The notes under the pieces are model-generated. The model was not told where the DNA came from and ran no database searches. It was given only the letters and a program-made list of their open reading frames with translations. 64,000 nt of DNA from an uncultured Candidatus Rokubacteria bacterium (lineage in GTDB: Bacteria; Methylomirabilota; Methylomirabilia; Rokubacteriales; DASRDR01): contig CAVPSB010000025.1 in the NCBI GenBank assembly GCA_963708025.1, forward strand, positions 352,001-416,000, given 5' to 3'. The translations under genes were made by a program, and so were the position numbers. This document shows, in pieces, positions 20,246 through 29,968 of the stretch (position 1 is the stretch's first letter; each line of letters opens with the position of its first letter).

Positions 20246-21553
20246 ATGATTGATCAGCGGCTCATCACTCGACGGACGATCCTGAAGACCGCCGCCGGCG
20301 CCGCGGCCGTGGGCGGCGCCGGCCGGCTGAGCGACATGCTCGCCCACGCCCAGGCGCCGGCGTACCCGAAGGGCACGCGGCTCCACCTGCTCCAGTGGTC
20401 CCACTACGTGCAGGCGGCCGACGTCCTCTTCGACAAGCAGACGGCGGAGTTCGCCAAGCAGGCCGGCGTCGAGATCCAGATCGAGCGGATCAACCAGAAC
20501 GACATCCAGTCGCGGGTCACGGCGGCCGTCCAGAGCGGGAGCGGCGCCGACATCATCATCATCGCCAACAACCACCCCCACCTCTACGAGAGCTCGCTGG
20601 TCAACGTGAGCGACGTGGCCGAGGCGGTCGGCGGGCAGCAGGGCGGCTGGTACGACTACGCCCGGGTCAACGCCTTCACCGGCGGGCACTGGATCGGGGT
20701 ACCCCAGTTCATCATCTCGTGGGCGATCACCTACCGCGAAGACTGGTTCCGGGAGGAAGGGCTGAAGTACCCCGAGACGTGGGACGAGTTCCGGGCGGCC
20801 GGCCGGAAGCTCAAGGCCAAGGGGAAGCCCTTCGGCCAGGCGTTCGGCCACAGCATCAACGATCCCAACAACTGGTGCTATCCGCTGGTGTGGATGTGGG
20901 GCGGGATGGAGGTCAACAAGGACGGGAAGACGGTCGTGGTCGACAGCAAGGCCACCGTCGAGGCCGTGAAGTTCAACAACGCCCTCTGGAAGGAAGTCTT
21001 CGACGAGGGCGGCCTGGCCTGGGACGACTCGAACAACAACCGCTCGTTCCTGTCGTCGGACATCTCGCTGACCGGCAACGCTCCCAGCATCTACGTCGCG
21101 GCCCGCAAGCAGGCCCCCGACGTCTACAAGGGGACTAGCCACGGCCATTTCCCCAAGGGACCGGCCGGCCGGTTCTACTGGCTGCCGGCGTGGACGAGCT
21201 GCGTGATGAAGTACTCGAAGAACCAGAAGCTCGCCAAGGAGTACATCCGCTACTACATGGACAAGGCGCAGTACGAGAGGTACTTCGAGACGATGGACAC
21301 GTTCGGCATCCCGGGCACCAAGGTGTGGTACGAGCACCCGCTGTGGCTCCGGGACGCGAAGACGACCGTCTTCCGGGAGACGCTCCAGAGCGCCCGGCAG
21401 GTCGGCTATGCCGGCCCGCCCGGCCGGAAGGCGACCGAGGCGCTGTCCAAGTACGTCATCGTCAACATGTTCGCGAAGTCGATCCAGGGGATGGCGCCCG
21501 AGGAGGCCGTGAAGTGGGCGGCCGGGGAGCTGAAGAAAATCTACAGCGTTTGA
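20246..21553 (+). CDS. ABC substrate-binding protein (family 1, Tat signal)
   Basis: ITRRTILK Tat motif; YREDWF, PETWDEF, WDDSNNNRSFL. Confidence 0.9.
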   Translation: MIDQRLITRRTILKTAAGAAAVGGAGRLSDMLAHAQAPAYPKGTRLHLLQWSHYVQAADVLFDKQTAEFAKQAGVEIQIERINQNDIQSRVTAAVQSGSGADIIIIANNHPHLYESSLVNVSDVAEAVGGQQGGWYDYARVNAFTGGHWIGVPQFIISWAITYREDWFREEGLKYPETWDEFRAAGRKLKAKGKPFGQAFGHSINDPNNWCYPLVWMWGGMEVNKDGKTVVVDSKATVEAVKFNNALWKEVFDEGGLAWDDSNNNRSFLSSDISLTGNAPSIYVAARKQAPDVYKGTSHGHFPKGPAGRFYWLPAWTSCVMKYSKNQKLAKEYIRYYMDKAQYERYFETMDTFGIPGTKVWYEHPLWLRDAKTTVFRETLQSARQVGYAGPPGRKATEALSKYVIVNMFAKSIQGMAPEEAVKWAAGELKKIYSV

Positions 21554-21634
21554 GCGGTCATCGCCCGAGGGCTTGACCGCGTGTCGGCGGCCGTGTTCTG
21601 TTCAGAGCGCTCGGACACGCGAAAGGAGGGCCTC

Positions 21635-22441
21635 ATGCCCGGTCTCACCCGTCGTACCCTGCTCGTCGCCTGTGCGGTGCTGGTCGTGGGCGCTGGGGCC
21701 CGCCCCGCGCCGTCCATCGAGGCGGGCCGTCAGCTGGCCCAGGCCGCCGGCACCACGCCCGCCTCGGCGGAGCTCGTCGCCCAGGGGAAGGCCCTGTTCA
21801 ACGACGTGAAACTGTCCGGGGACGGCAAGTGGTCGTGCGCCAGCTGTCACCCCAACAACGCCGACACCGACAACAAGACCTATGTCGGCGTCACCGTCGT
21901 CAAGGACGGGGATCCCCAGGGCCGGAGCACCCCCACCATGTGGGGGGTGACCACGCGCGCGGCGTTCTCGTGGGCGGGAACGGCACCCAGCCTGGAGGCG
22001 AACATCCGCGGGATCATCGTGAACCGGATGAAGGGTGCGGAGCCGTCGAAGGAGACGCTGGCCGCCCTCGTCGCCTACCTGGGTTCGCTCTCGTATCCGC
22101 CCAACCCCAACCTGAACGCGGACGGGACGCCGTCGGCCAGCGCGCCGGCCGCGGCCAAGCGCGGCTACGCGCTGTTCATGGGCCGGGCCGGCTGCAACAC
22201 GTGTCATCAGCCGCCGGCCTACGACAAGAAGGACGTCGAGGACGTCGAGTCCGGGGGCAAGTTCAAGGCGCCGGCGCTCCGCGTCATCTCGCGGACCGGG
22301 CCGTACTTCCACGACGGGCGCTTCGCGACCCTCGAGGAGGCCGTCAAGTTCATGTGGGAGTACGTCAAGAAGGCGGGGACCACCGAGAACCTGACGGACG
22401 CCGAGCTGAAGGACGTGGTGGAGTTCCTGAAGATCCTGTAA
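21635..22441 (+). CDS. Di-heme c-type cytochrome (compact CCP/MauG-like)
   Basis: CASCH and CNTCH; GKALFND..LSGDG, FKAPALR, TGPYFHDG. Confidence 0.85.
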   Translation: MPGLTRRTLLVACAVLVVGAGARPAPSIEAGRQLAQAAGTTPASAELVAQGKALFNDVKLSGDGKWSCASCHPNNADTDNKTYVGVTVVKDGDPQGRSTPTMWGVTTRAAFSWAGTAPSLEANIRGIIVNRMKGAEPSKETLAALVAYLGSLSYPPNPNLNADGTPSASAPAAAKRGYALFMGRAGCNTCHQPPAYDKKDVEDVESGGKFKAPALRVISRTGPYFHDGRFATLEEAVKFMWEYVKKAGTTENLTDAELKDVVEFLKIL

Positions 22442-22475
22442 TGGCGCGCGCCAGGATGCGCCCGCTGGTGGCGCC

Positions 22476-22799
22476 GTGAGCGGCGACGGCGAGATCACGC
22501 CGGAGGCGTTGAAGGCCCGCCTCGACGCCGGCGACGCGCCGGCCATCCTGGATGTCCGCGAGGCCTGGGAGCACGCGATCGGCGCGCTCCCAGGCGCGCG
22601 GCTCATCCCGATCGAGGAGCTGCCCTTCCGGGCGGACGAGCTGGATCCGGCGCGGGAGACCGTGGTCTACTGCCACCACGGCGTCCGCTCGGCCGCCGCC
22701 GCCGAGTGGCTGCGTCAGCTCGGGTTCCCCGCCGTGAACCTTCGCGGCGGCATCGACGCCTGGACCCTCGCCGTCGATCCATCCCTTCGCCGCTACTGA
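22476..22799 (+). CDS. Rhodanese-like protein
   Basis: LDVREAWE, YCHHGVRS, NLRGGIDAW. Confidence 0.92.
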   Translation: MSGDGEITPEALKARLDAGDAPAILDVREAWEHAIGALPGARLIPIEELPFRADELDPARETVVYCHHGVRSAAAAEWLRQLGFPAVNLRGGIDAWTLAVDPSLRRY

Positions 22800-22818
22800 G
22801 AACATCGGGGGTCTCGGC

Positions 22819-22953
22819 TTCAACCTCCAGCCGGTCGTGGGCGCGCTCCTCGGCGTGTGGCTCCTCCACGAGCCGCTGACTCCGTTCACGGTGGCCGGCG
22901 GTGCCCTCATCGTCGGTGGGCTCTGGCTCACCGTGACCGCCCGGGCCCGATGA
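22819..22953 (+). pseudogene. 3' remnant of an EamA/DMT transporter
   Basis: FNLQPVVGALLGVWLLHEPLTPFTVAGGALIVGGLWLTVTARAR*, typical of the last two DMT helices; no 5' part is present. Confidence 0.75.
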
Positions 22954-23005
22954 CGTATACTCCGGCCGAAATGAGTCCTTCGGGGGGGCCTCGCGGGCGA
23001 GGGAG

Positions 23006-23776
23006 GTGTCGCTGATTTCTTCACCGGAACTGAGCTTGGAGCGGGCGGGTGGGGTGGCCCGCGTCACGCTGGCCCGCCCGCCGCTCAACATCCTCACGCC
23101 CGGGCTCATCGCCGAGCTGGGTGCCGCCTTTCGCGAGTTGGCCGGTGACGGGGACCTCCGCGTGGCCGTGCTCGGCGCCTCCGGCCGCGCCTTCTCCGCC
23201 GGCGTGGAAGTCCAGGCGATGCGCGACCTCGACCCGACGCGCGCCCGGGCGCTCATCGCGGCCCTCCACGACACTATCCGGGCGGTCCGCGAGCTGACGG
23301 TCCCGGTGCTGGCGCGGCTCCACGGCCACGTCCTCGGCGGCGCGCTGGAGCTGGTGCTCGCCTGTGACCTCCGGGTGGCGGCGGTCTCGTGCCGGCTCGG
23401 CATGCCCGAGATCCGGGTGGGGATCCCCTCGGTGATCGAGGCGGCGCTCATGCCAGGGCTGATCGGCTGGGGGCGCGCCGCCGAGCTCCTGCTGACCGGC
23501 GAGACCATCGACGCGGTGGAGGCCGAGCGCTGGGGGCTGGTCAACCGGGCGGTCCCCGACGAGGCGCTGGACCGGGAGGTCGAGACCTGGGTGGGCCGGC
23601 TCCTGGCGCTGCCCCCGCACGCCTTGCGGCTCCAGAAGGGCCTGCTCGCGCGCTGGCGGCAGGTCGACCTCGAGTCCGCGATCGCCCTCTCGATGGACGC
23701 CTTCGCGATGGCCTACACCACCGACGAGCCGCGGCGCGCCATGCAGCGGTTCCTCGACCGCCGCCGCCCGGGGTAG
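23006..23776 (+). CDS. Enoyl-CoA hydratase/isomerase family protein
   Basis: AFSAG, GHVLGGALEL..CDLR, GMPEIRVG, ELLLTG. Confidence 0.92.
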   Translation: MSLISSPELSLERAGGVARVTLARPPLNILTPGLIAELGAAFRELAGDGDLRVAVLGASGRAFSAGVEVQAMRDLDPTRARALIAALHDTIRAVRELTVPVLARLHGHVLGGALELVLACDLRVAAVSCRLGMPEIRVGIPSVIEAALMPGLIGWGRAAELLLTGETIDAVEAERWGLVNRAVPDEALDREVETWVGRLLALPPHALRLQKGLLARWRQVDLESAIALSMDAFAMAYTTDEPRRAMQRFLDRRRPG

Positions 23777-23788
23777 CATCGACCGGCC

Positions 23789-24925
23789 ATGCACTTCGAC
23801 CTGACCGAGCCCCAGCGGCTCATCCGGGACCTGGCGCGCGACTTCGCCGAGCGCGAGGTGATGCCGCGGGCCGCCGAGATCGACCGCACCGACGAGTTCC
23901 CGTGGGACCTCTACAAGCGGATGGCCGCCCTGGAGATCCTCGGCATGACGGTGCCGCCCGAGTACGGCGGCTCGGGCGCCGACACCGTCAGCTGGTGCGT
24001 GGTCCAGGAGGAGCTGGCGCGACGCTCGGCCGTGGTGGCCAACACCCAGCTTCTCTGCAAGCTGATGAGCGACATGATCCTCCGGAACGGCACCGAGGCG
24101 CAGCGGCGGCGCTACCTGCCGGCGATGGTCCGCGGCGAGACGATCTGCGTCATCGCCCAGACCGAGCCGGGCGCCGGCTCCGACGTCGCCGGGATCCAGA
24201 CCACCGCCACCCCCACCGCCGACGGCTACGTGCTGAACGGGACGAAGCGCTTCATCACCGCGGCGGGGGTCTGCGAGCTGGCGGTGGTGGTGGCGACGAC
24301 CGACCGGAAGCGCGGGCGGGAAGGGATCACGCTGTTCCTGGTGGAGATGGGGACGCCGGGTTTCACGCGCGGGAGCAAGGAGCGCCTGCTGGGCGCCCAC
24401 GGGCTGGCCACGGGCGAGCTGATCTTCCAGGACTGCCGGGTCCCGCGCTCGTCCGTGCTCGGGGCCGAAGGCGAGGGGTTCAAGCGGGCGATGATCTCCC
24501 TCGACACCGGGCGGATCGGGATCGGCGCCCAGGCGCTCGGGATCGCCCAGGCGGCGATGGAGGCGGCGCTCGCGTACGCGAAGCAGCGGCCGGCCTTCGG
24601 CCAGCCGATCGCCGGCTTCCAGGCCGTCCAGCTCATGCTGGCCGACATGTCCACCCGGATCGAGTCGAGCCGTCTCCTGCTGCGGCGGGCGGCCTGGCTG
24701 AAGGACCAGGGGCGGCCGATCATCCGGGAGGCGGCCGAGGCGAAGCTCGTCGCGTCCGAGACGGCGGCCCGGGCGACCGACGACGCCCTCCAGATCCACG
24801 GCGCCTACGGCTACTCGACCGAGTTCCCGGTGGAGCGCCTGTACCGCGACGCCCGCGTGTACCGGATCTGCGAAGGGACGAGCGAGATCCAGCGACTGGT
24901 CATCGCCCGTCAGCTCCTGAAATGA
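23789..24925 (+). CDS. Acyl-CoA dehydrogenase
   Basis: TEPGAGSD, LNGTKRFIT, QIHGAYGY, EGTSEIQR. Confidence 0.95.
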   Translation: MHFDLTEPQRLIRDLARDFAEREVMPRAAEIDRTDEFPWDLYKRMAALEILGMTVPPEYGGSGADTVSWCVVQEELARRSAVVANTQLLCKLMSDMILRNGTEAQRRRYLPAMVRGETICVIAQTEPGAGSDVAGIQTTATPTADGYVLNGTKRFITAAGVCELAVVVATTDRKRGREGITLFLVEMGTPGFTRGSKERLLGAHGLATGELIFQDCRVPRSSVLGAEGEGFKRAMISLDTGRIGIGAQALGIAQAAMEAALAYAKQRPAFGQPIAGFQAVQLMLADMSTRIESSRLLLRRAAWLKDQGRPIIREAAEAKLVASETAARATDDALQIHGAYGYSTEFPVERLYRDARVYRICEGTSEIQRLVIARQLLK

Positions 24926-25059
24926 GACACCGTGTGTCAACCCTCTCGCTCCGCCGACCGAGTATCCCATCGGGACAGCGGGGCGCCCCCCCTCCCCCCG
25001 GCCAAAGGCCGGAGGCCGTTGAACCGGTGGGGAGGGGTCGGGGGTGGGGGGGGACTCGA
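24924..25059 (+). repeat. G/C hairpin intergenic element, divergent copy C
   Basis: Begins in the stop codon (TGAGAC); CCCCCCTCCCCCCG..GGTGGGGAGGGG arms around GCCAAAGGCCGGAGGCCG; ends GGGACTCGA-ATG. Confidence 0.6.
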
Positions 25060-26251
25060 ATGACCGCGCCGCTGGCGGTCCTGCAGGGGGTCCGCGTCCT
25101 CGGCTTCACCCAGTTCCTGCTCGGGCCGTCGGGGGTCCAGTTCCTCGCCGACCTCGGCGCCGACGTCGTGAAGATCGAGCCGCCGGGCGGGAAGCTCTGG
25201 GAGCGCAACTGGTCGGGCTGCGACCTCTACAAGAACGGGGTCAGCGTCTTCTTCATGTCGACCCACCGGAACCAGCGGAGCCTGGCCGTCAACCTCAAGC
25301 ACCCGGACGGCCAGGCCATCGCCCGGAAGCTGATCGCGGGCGCCGACGTGCTCGTCCAGAACTTCCGCCCCGGCGTCATGGACCGGCTCGGGCTCGGCTA
25401 CGAGGCGGCGGCGGCGCTCAACCCGCGGCTCATCTACGTCTCGGCCTCCGGCTACGGCGACGCCAGCCCCTACCGCGACCGGCCGGGCCAGGACCTCCTC
25501 CTCCAGGCGATGTCGGGGCTGGCCCACATCTCGGGGCGGGCGGGCCAGCCGCCGACGCCGGTCGGCACCGCGGTGGTGGACCAGCACGGCGCCACGCTGC
25601 TCGCCCTCGGCGTGCTGGCGGCGCTCCTGGAGCGGGCCCGCACCGGCCGGGGCCTCCACGTCGAGGTGAGCATGCTGCGGGCGGCCCTCGACCTGCAGCT
25701 CGAGGTCGTCACCTACTTCCTGAACGGCGCCCGCATGGAGAAGAGCCCGACCAGCCTGGCCAGCATGTTCCACCCCGGCCCGTACGGCGTGTACGAGACG
25801 AAGGACGGCCACGTCGTGCTGTCGATGTCGCCGCTGTCGGCGCTCCAGCAGGCCCTCGATTCGCCCGAGCTGGCGCCCTACGCGACGGTGCCCTACAACT
25901 TCCCCGCCCGCGAGGCGATCGCCCGGATCCTGGAGCCGATCATGCGGACGCGCACCACCGCCGACTGGGTCGAGCTCCTGGTGCCCCGGGGCGTGTGGGC
26001 CGCGCCCGTCCTCACCCACGCCGAGACGTTCGCGGACCCGGCCGTCCAGGCGGCCGACCTGGTGGACGAGGTGGAGCATCCGGTGGCGGGGCCGAGTGAA
26101 GCTCCTCCGCTTTCCCCTGGAGCTGTCGACGGGCCGGGCCACCGTCCACCGCCCGCCGCCGATGCCGGGCGAGCAGACCGACGACATCCTGCGCGAGCTG
26201 GGGTACGGGGACGAGGACATCCGGCGCCTGCGCGCGCAAGGAACGGTGTAG
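25060..26251 (+). CDS. CaiB/BaiF family III CoA transferase (frameshift near 26092)
   Basis: LADLGADVVKIEPP, ADVLVQNFRPGVMDRLGLGY, PGQDLLLQAMSG; C-terminal PPMPGEQTDDILRELGY lies in a second frame. Confidence 0.9.
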
Positions 26252-26263
26252 GGGAGGACGGAG

Positions 26264-27035
26264 ATGGATGGAGCGGGGAAGGAGCTGGGGCTGGCCGGCC
26301 GGGTGGCCTTCGTCACCGGGGGCACCCGCGGCATCGGCGAGGCGATCGTGCGCCGGTTCCTGGAGGCCGGGGCCCGGGTGGCGACGATGGCGCGCTCGGT
26401 GGACGAGTCGGCGGCGACGGACGCGCCGGGCCAGGCGCTCCTCCTGAAGGGGCGACGTGGCGGTCAAGGCCGACGTCGACCGCGTCGTGGAGCGGGTGCT
26501 CTCCCGCTTCGCCACCATCGACATCCTCGTGAACTGCGCCGGGGTCGTCGGCCGGCAGCCGGCGCTCGAGTCGACGGAGGCCGACTGGGACCGCATCCAC
26601 GGCGCCAACGCGCGGGGCGTCTTCTTCGTCTGCCAGGCCGTGGCGCCGGCGATGCGCAAGGCGGGGCGGGGGCGGATCGTCAACATCACCTCGGCCGGGG
26701 CGGTGCTGGCGCTCCAGAACCGCTCGGTCTACTGCGCGAGCAAGGCGGCCGTGCTCCAGCTCACCCGGTGCCTGGCGCTGGAGTGGGGCCCCTACGGCAT
26801 CACGGTGAACGCGGTCGGTCCCGGGATCACCGAGACCCCGATGACGCGCGGCTACCTGGAGGCGGACCCCGTCCGGCGGCAGACGATGGTCGAGAAGCTT
26901 CCCCTCCGGCGGCTGGGCCGCCCCGACGACATCGCCGGCGCCGTGCTCTTCCTGGCCTCGGACCTCGCGGGCTACGTGACGGGCCAGACGGTGTACACGG
27001 ACGGCGGCTGGGGCATCGGCGACTACGACTGGTGA
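26264..27035 (+). CDS. SDR family oxidoreductase (frameshift near 26450)
   Basis: VTGGTRGIG in the first frame; NCAG, YCASKAA and GQTVYTDGG in the second. Confidence 0.88.
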
Positions 27036-27053
27036 GCAGGAGGGCCGGAGGTC

Positions 27054-27479
27054 ATGACGCAGACGATGGACGCGCTGCCGATCGGCAAGGCGGTGACCGT
27101 GAGCAAGACGGTGGGGGAGACCGACGTCTACCTCTTCGCCGGCATCTCCGGCGACTTCGCGCCGATCCACGTCGACGAAGAGCTCATGAAGCGCACGAAG
27201 TACGGCCGGCGCATCGCCCACGGCGCCCTGATGATCGCCTACATGTCCCAGGCGTCCACCCGGATCTGCGCCAACGTGCCCGGGACCATCGTCTCTTACG
27301 GCTACGACCGGATCCGCTTCCCCCACCCGGTGTTCTTCGGCGACACGGTGACGGTGACCTACGAGATCGTGGAGCGCGACGTCCCGGCCGGGAAGACCTT
27401 CAGCCGCGTGACCTGCACCAACCAGCGGGGCGAGGTGGTGGCAGTGGCCACCCACATCCTCAAGGTCGTGGAGGAGTAG
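27054..27479 (+). CDS. MaoC family dehydratase
   Basis: FAGISGDFAPIHVDEE..RIAHG, PVFFGDT. Confidence 0.92.
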   Translation: MTQTMDALPIGKAVTVSKTVGETDVYLFAGISGDFAPIHVDEELMKRTKYGRRIAHGALMIAYMSQASTRICANVPGTIVSYGYDRIRFPHPVFFGDTVTVTYEIVERDVPAGKTFSRVTCTNQRGEVVAVATHILKVVEE

Positions 27480-27487
27480 GGCCACCC

Positions 27488-28009
27488 GTGGAGATCCGGA
27501 AGCTGACCGAGGCCGACGCCGAGGCGTACCGCGCGGTCCGCCTCCGGGCCCTCCGCGAGCATCCCGACGCCTTCGGGCGGGCCTACGAGGAGGCGCAGGG
27601 CCTCGACGAGATGGCCGAGGAGCTCCGGTCGCAGCACGACGGCGTGCGCGGCTTCATCCTGGGCGCCTTCGGTGGGGAGCTGGTGGGCATCGTGGGCTGC
27701 GCGCGCGAGCGCGGCATGAAGAACGAGCACAAGGCGCTGATCTGGGGGATGTACGTCGTCCCCGAGGCGGGGGGGCGCGGGGTGGGGAGGGCCCTCCTTT
27801 CGGCAGCGCTCGAGCGGGCCCGGGGGTGGCCGGGCCTCGAGCAGCTCTGGCTGAGCGTCGGCACCAACAACCAGCGCGCCGGCGCGCTCTACCGGAGCTG
27901 TGGCTTCGAGCGGTTCGGGCTGGAGCGGCGGGCGCTGAAGCTCGGCGACCGGTACATCGACGAGGAGCACATGATGCTGTTCCTGAGAGACCGGGGCTCG
28001 CCGGCGTGA
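27488..28009 (+). CDS. GNAT N-acetyltransferase
   Basis: YRAVRLRALREHPDAF, GMYVVPEAGGRGVGRAL, LYRSCGF. Confidence 0.9.
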   Translation: MEIRKLTEADAEAYRAVRLRALREHPDAFGRAYEEAQGLDEMAEELRSQHDGVRGFILGAFGGELVGIVGCARERGMKNEHKALIWGMYVVPEAGGRGVGRALLSAALERARGWPGLEQLWLSVGTNNQRAGALYRSCGFERFGLERRALKLGDRYIDEEHMMLFLRDRGSPA

Positions 28010-28740
28010 TCCGCCTCGTCGCGTTCGACTTCTGGCAGACCCTCCTGGCCGACACGCCAGCTAGTGGGGCGGCGGCCAACGCGCTCCGGCTCTCGGGGGT
28101 CGGCGAGGCGCTCCGTCGCGCCGGCCACTTCTACGCGCCGGCGGCCCTGGAGACGGCGGACGCCCGCGCGCTCGGCCGGCTGAACGCGATCTGGGCGGAG
28201 CACCGGGACGTCTCGCCGCCCGAGCAGGTGCGGGTCTACCTGGAGGCGCTCGATCCGGCGCTGCCCCCGGCGCTCGGCGCCGCGGACCGGGCGGCCGTGG
28301 AGGAGGCCTACGCCTCGCCGGTGCTGACCCACACCCCGGTGGTGGCCGCCGGCGCCGTGGACGCGATCCGGGCGCTGGCCGCGGCCGGTCTGACCCTGGC
28401 GATCATCTCCAACACCGGCCGGACCCCGGGGACGGTGCTCCGGCGCCTCCTCGGGGGCGCCGGCGTGCTCGACGCCTTCCGCGTCCTCTCCTTCTCCGAC
28501 GAGGTCGGGGCCCGCAAGCCGGCGGCCGCGATCTTCCGCCGCACGCTGACCGGCGCCGGCTGCGCCCCCGAGGCGGCCGTCCACGTGGGAGACGACCCCG
28601 TCAACGACGTGGCGGGCGCCCGCGCCGCCGGGATGCGGGCCGTCCACTACGTCCCGGACGGGCGCCCGGCCGTCGAGGGTGCGGACGCCGCCGCCCGGCA
28701 TTTCGACGAGCTGCCTACCCTCCTCGGCCGTCTCCGCTGA
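28006..28740 (+). CDS. HAD family hydrolase
   Basis: FDFWQTL, ISNT, RKP, HVGDDPVNDVAGA. Confidence 0.9.
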   Translation: MIRLVAFDFWQTLLADTPASGAAANALRLSGVGEALRRAGHFYAPAALETADARALGRLNAIWAEHRDVSPPEQVRVYLEALDPALPPALGAADRAAVEEAYASPVLTHTPVVAAGAVDAIRALAAAGLTLAIISNTGRTPGTVLRRLLGGAGVLDAFRVLSFSDEVGARKPAAAIFRRTLTGAGCAPEAAVHVGDDPVNDVAGARAAGMRAVHYVPDGRPAVEGADAAARHFDELPTLLGRLR

Positions 28741-28850
28741 GCGGCCCCGCACGCCGGAAATCGCCGCCGCGGTGGCCTTTCGGGTTGCGCGGCGCGGAGG
28801 GCGCGGGCTATCATGAGGACTCACCGCGCAGCCCTTCGGGGGGAACCGGC

Positions 28851-29375
28851 ATGGACGTCTCCGAGCTGAAGGCGAAGATTCGCGACATCAAGGACTTTCC
28901 CACGGAGGGGATCCTCTTCAAGGACATCACGACGCTCCTCAAGGACGCCCGGGCCTTCCGGTACGTCCTGGACCAGCTCGCCAACGCCTACATCCAGTCG
29001 CGTGTGGAGGTCGTGGTCGCCATCGAGTCCCGGGGCTTCATCTTCGGCGGCGCCCTGGCCCACGAGCTGGGGGCGGGCTTCGTGCCGGTCCGGAAGCTCG
29101 GGAAGCTCCCGGCCAAGACGATCGAGGTCGAGTACGAGCTGGAGTACGGCCGGGACGCCCTGGCGATGCACGAGGATGCCATCAACCCGGGCCAGCGGGT
29201 GGTCGTGGTGGACGATCTCCTCGCCACCGGGGGCACCATGGCGGCCACGCTGCGCCTGGTGGAGCAGTCGGGCGGACTGGTGGTCGGGGTGGCGTTCCTG
29301 ATCGAGCTGGGGTTCCTCCACGGTCGGGCCAAGCTCGCGAACTATCCGGTCAGCTCGCTGATCGTCTACGACTGA
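28851..29375 (+). CDS. apt: Adenine phosphoribosyltransferase
   Basis: DFPTEGILFKDIT, ESRGF, RKLGKLP, VDDLLATGGT. Confidence 0.97.
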   Translation: MDVSELKAKIRDIKDFPTEGILFKDITTLLKDARAFRYVLDQLANAYIQSRVEVVVAIESRGFIFGGALAHELGAGFVPVRKLGKLPAKTIEVEYELEYGRDALAMHEDAINPGQRVVVVDDLLATGGTMAATLRLVEQSGGLVVGVAFLIELGFLHGRAKLANYPVSSLIVYD

Positions 29376-29397
29376 TCGGCAGGGCAGGAGAGGGACC

Positions 29398-29961
29398 ATG
29401 AAGCAGGCCATCGCAGCGCTCCTGGTCGGCGGGGTCCTGGTCGCCGGCGCGGCCGCGCCGGCGCGCGCCTTCCACGAGGAGGCCGGCCGGGCCGTCGGGG
29501 AGGTCATGGATCAGTTCCGCGGCCTGGCGACCCAGATGGGGGAGCACCTCCGCGCCCATCCCCTCGCGATCCCCGGCGGTCCGCCGCCGGCCCCGGTCGA
29601 GCGGCCGCTCATCACCTTCATGCTGGAGCACCGGGCCGAGCTGGGCCTCAGTCCGGAGCAGGTGACCCGGCTGGACGGGCTGCGCGGCGATTTCGCCCGT
29701 GAGTCGATCCGGCGGGACGCCGACATCCGGATCGCCGAGATGGACCTGGCCGCGCTTCTCGAGCGGGAGCCGCTCGACCTGCCGAAGGTCGAGGCCAAGA
29801 TCCGCGAGGTGGCGAGGCTGCGGGCCGACCTGCGGGTGGAGCGCATCCGGACCATCGAGCAGGGGCGGGCGCTCTTGACCCCCGAGCAGCGGGCGAAGCT
29901 CCAGGCCCTCCTCGGCGGCCCGACCCCGCGGCGGACGGCCGAGCAGCGCGTCCGGATGTAG
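29398..29961 (+). CDS. Spy/CpxP-like periplasmic protein
   Basis: Signal peptide; ELGLSPEQ and LLTPEQR motifs. Confidence 0.8.
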   Translation: MKQAIAALLVGGVLVAGAAAPARAFHEEAGRAVGEVMDQFRGLATQMGEHLRAHPLAIPGGPPPAPVERPLITFMLEHRAELGLSPEQVTRLDGLRGDFARESIRRDADIRIAEMDLAALLEREPLDLPKVEAKIREVARLRADLRVERIRTIEQGRALLTPEQRAKLQALLGGPTPRRTAEQRVRM

Positions 29962-29968
29962 CGCTCGC

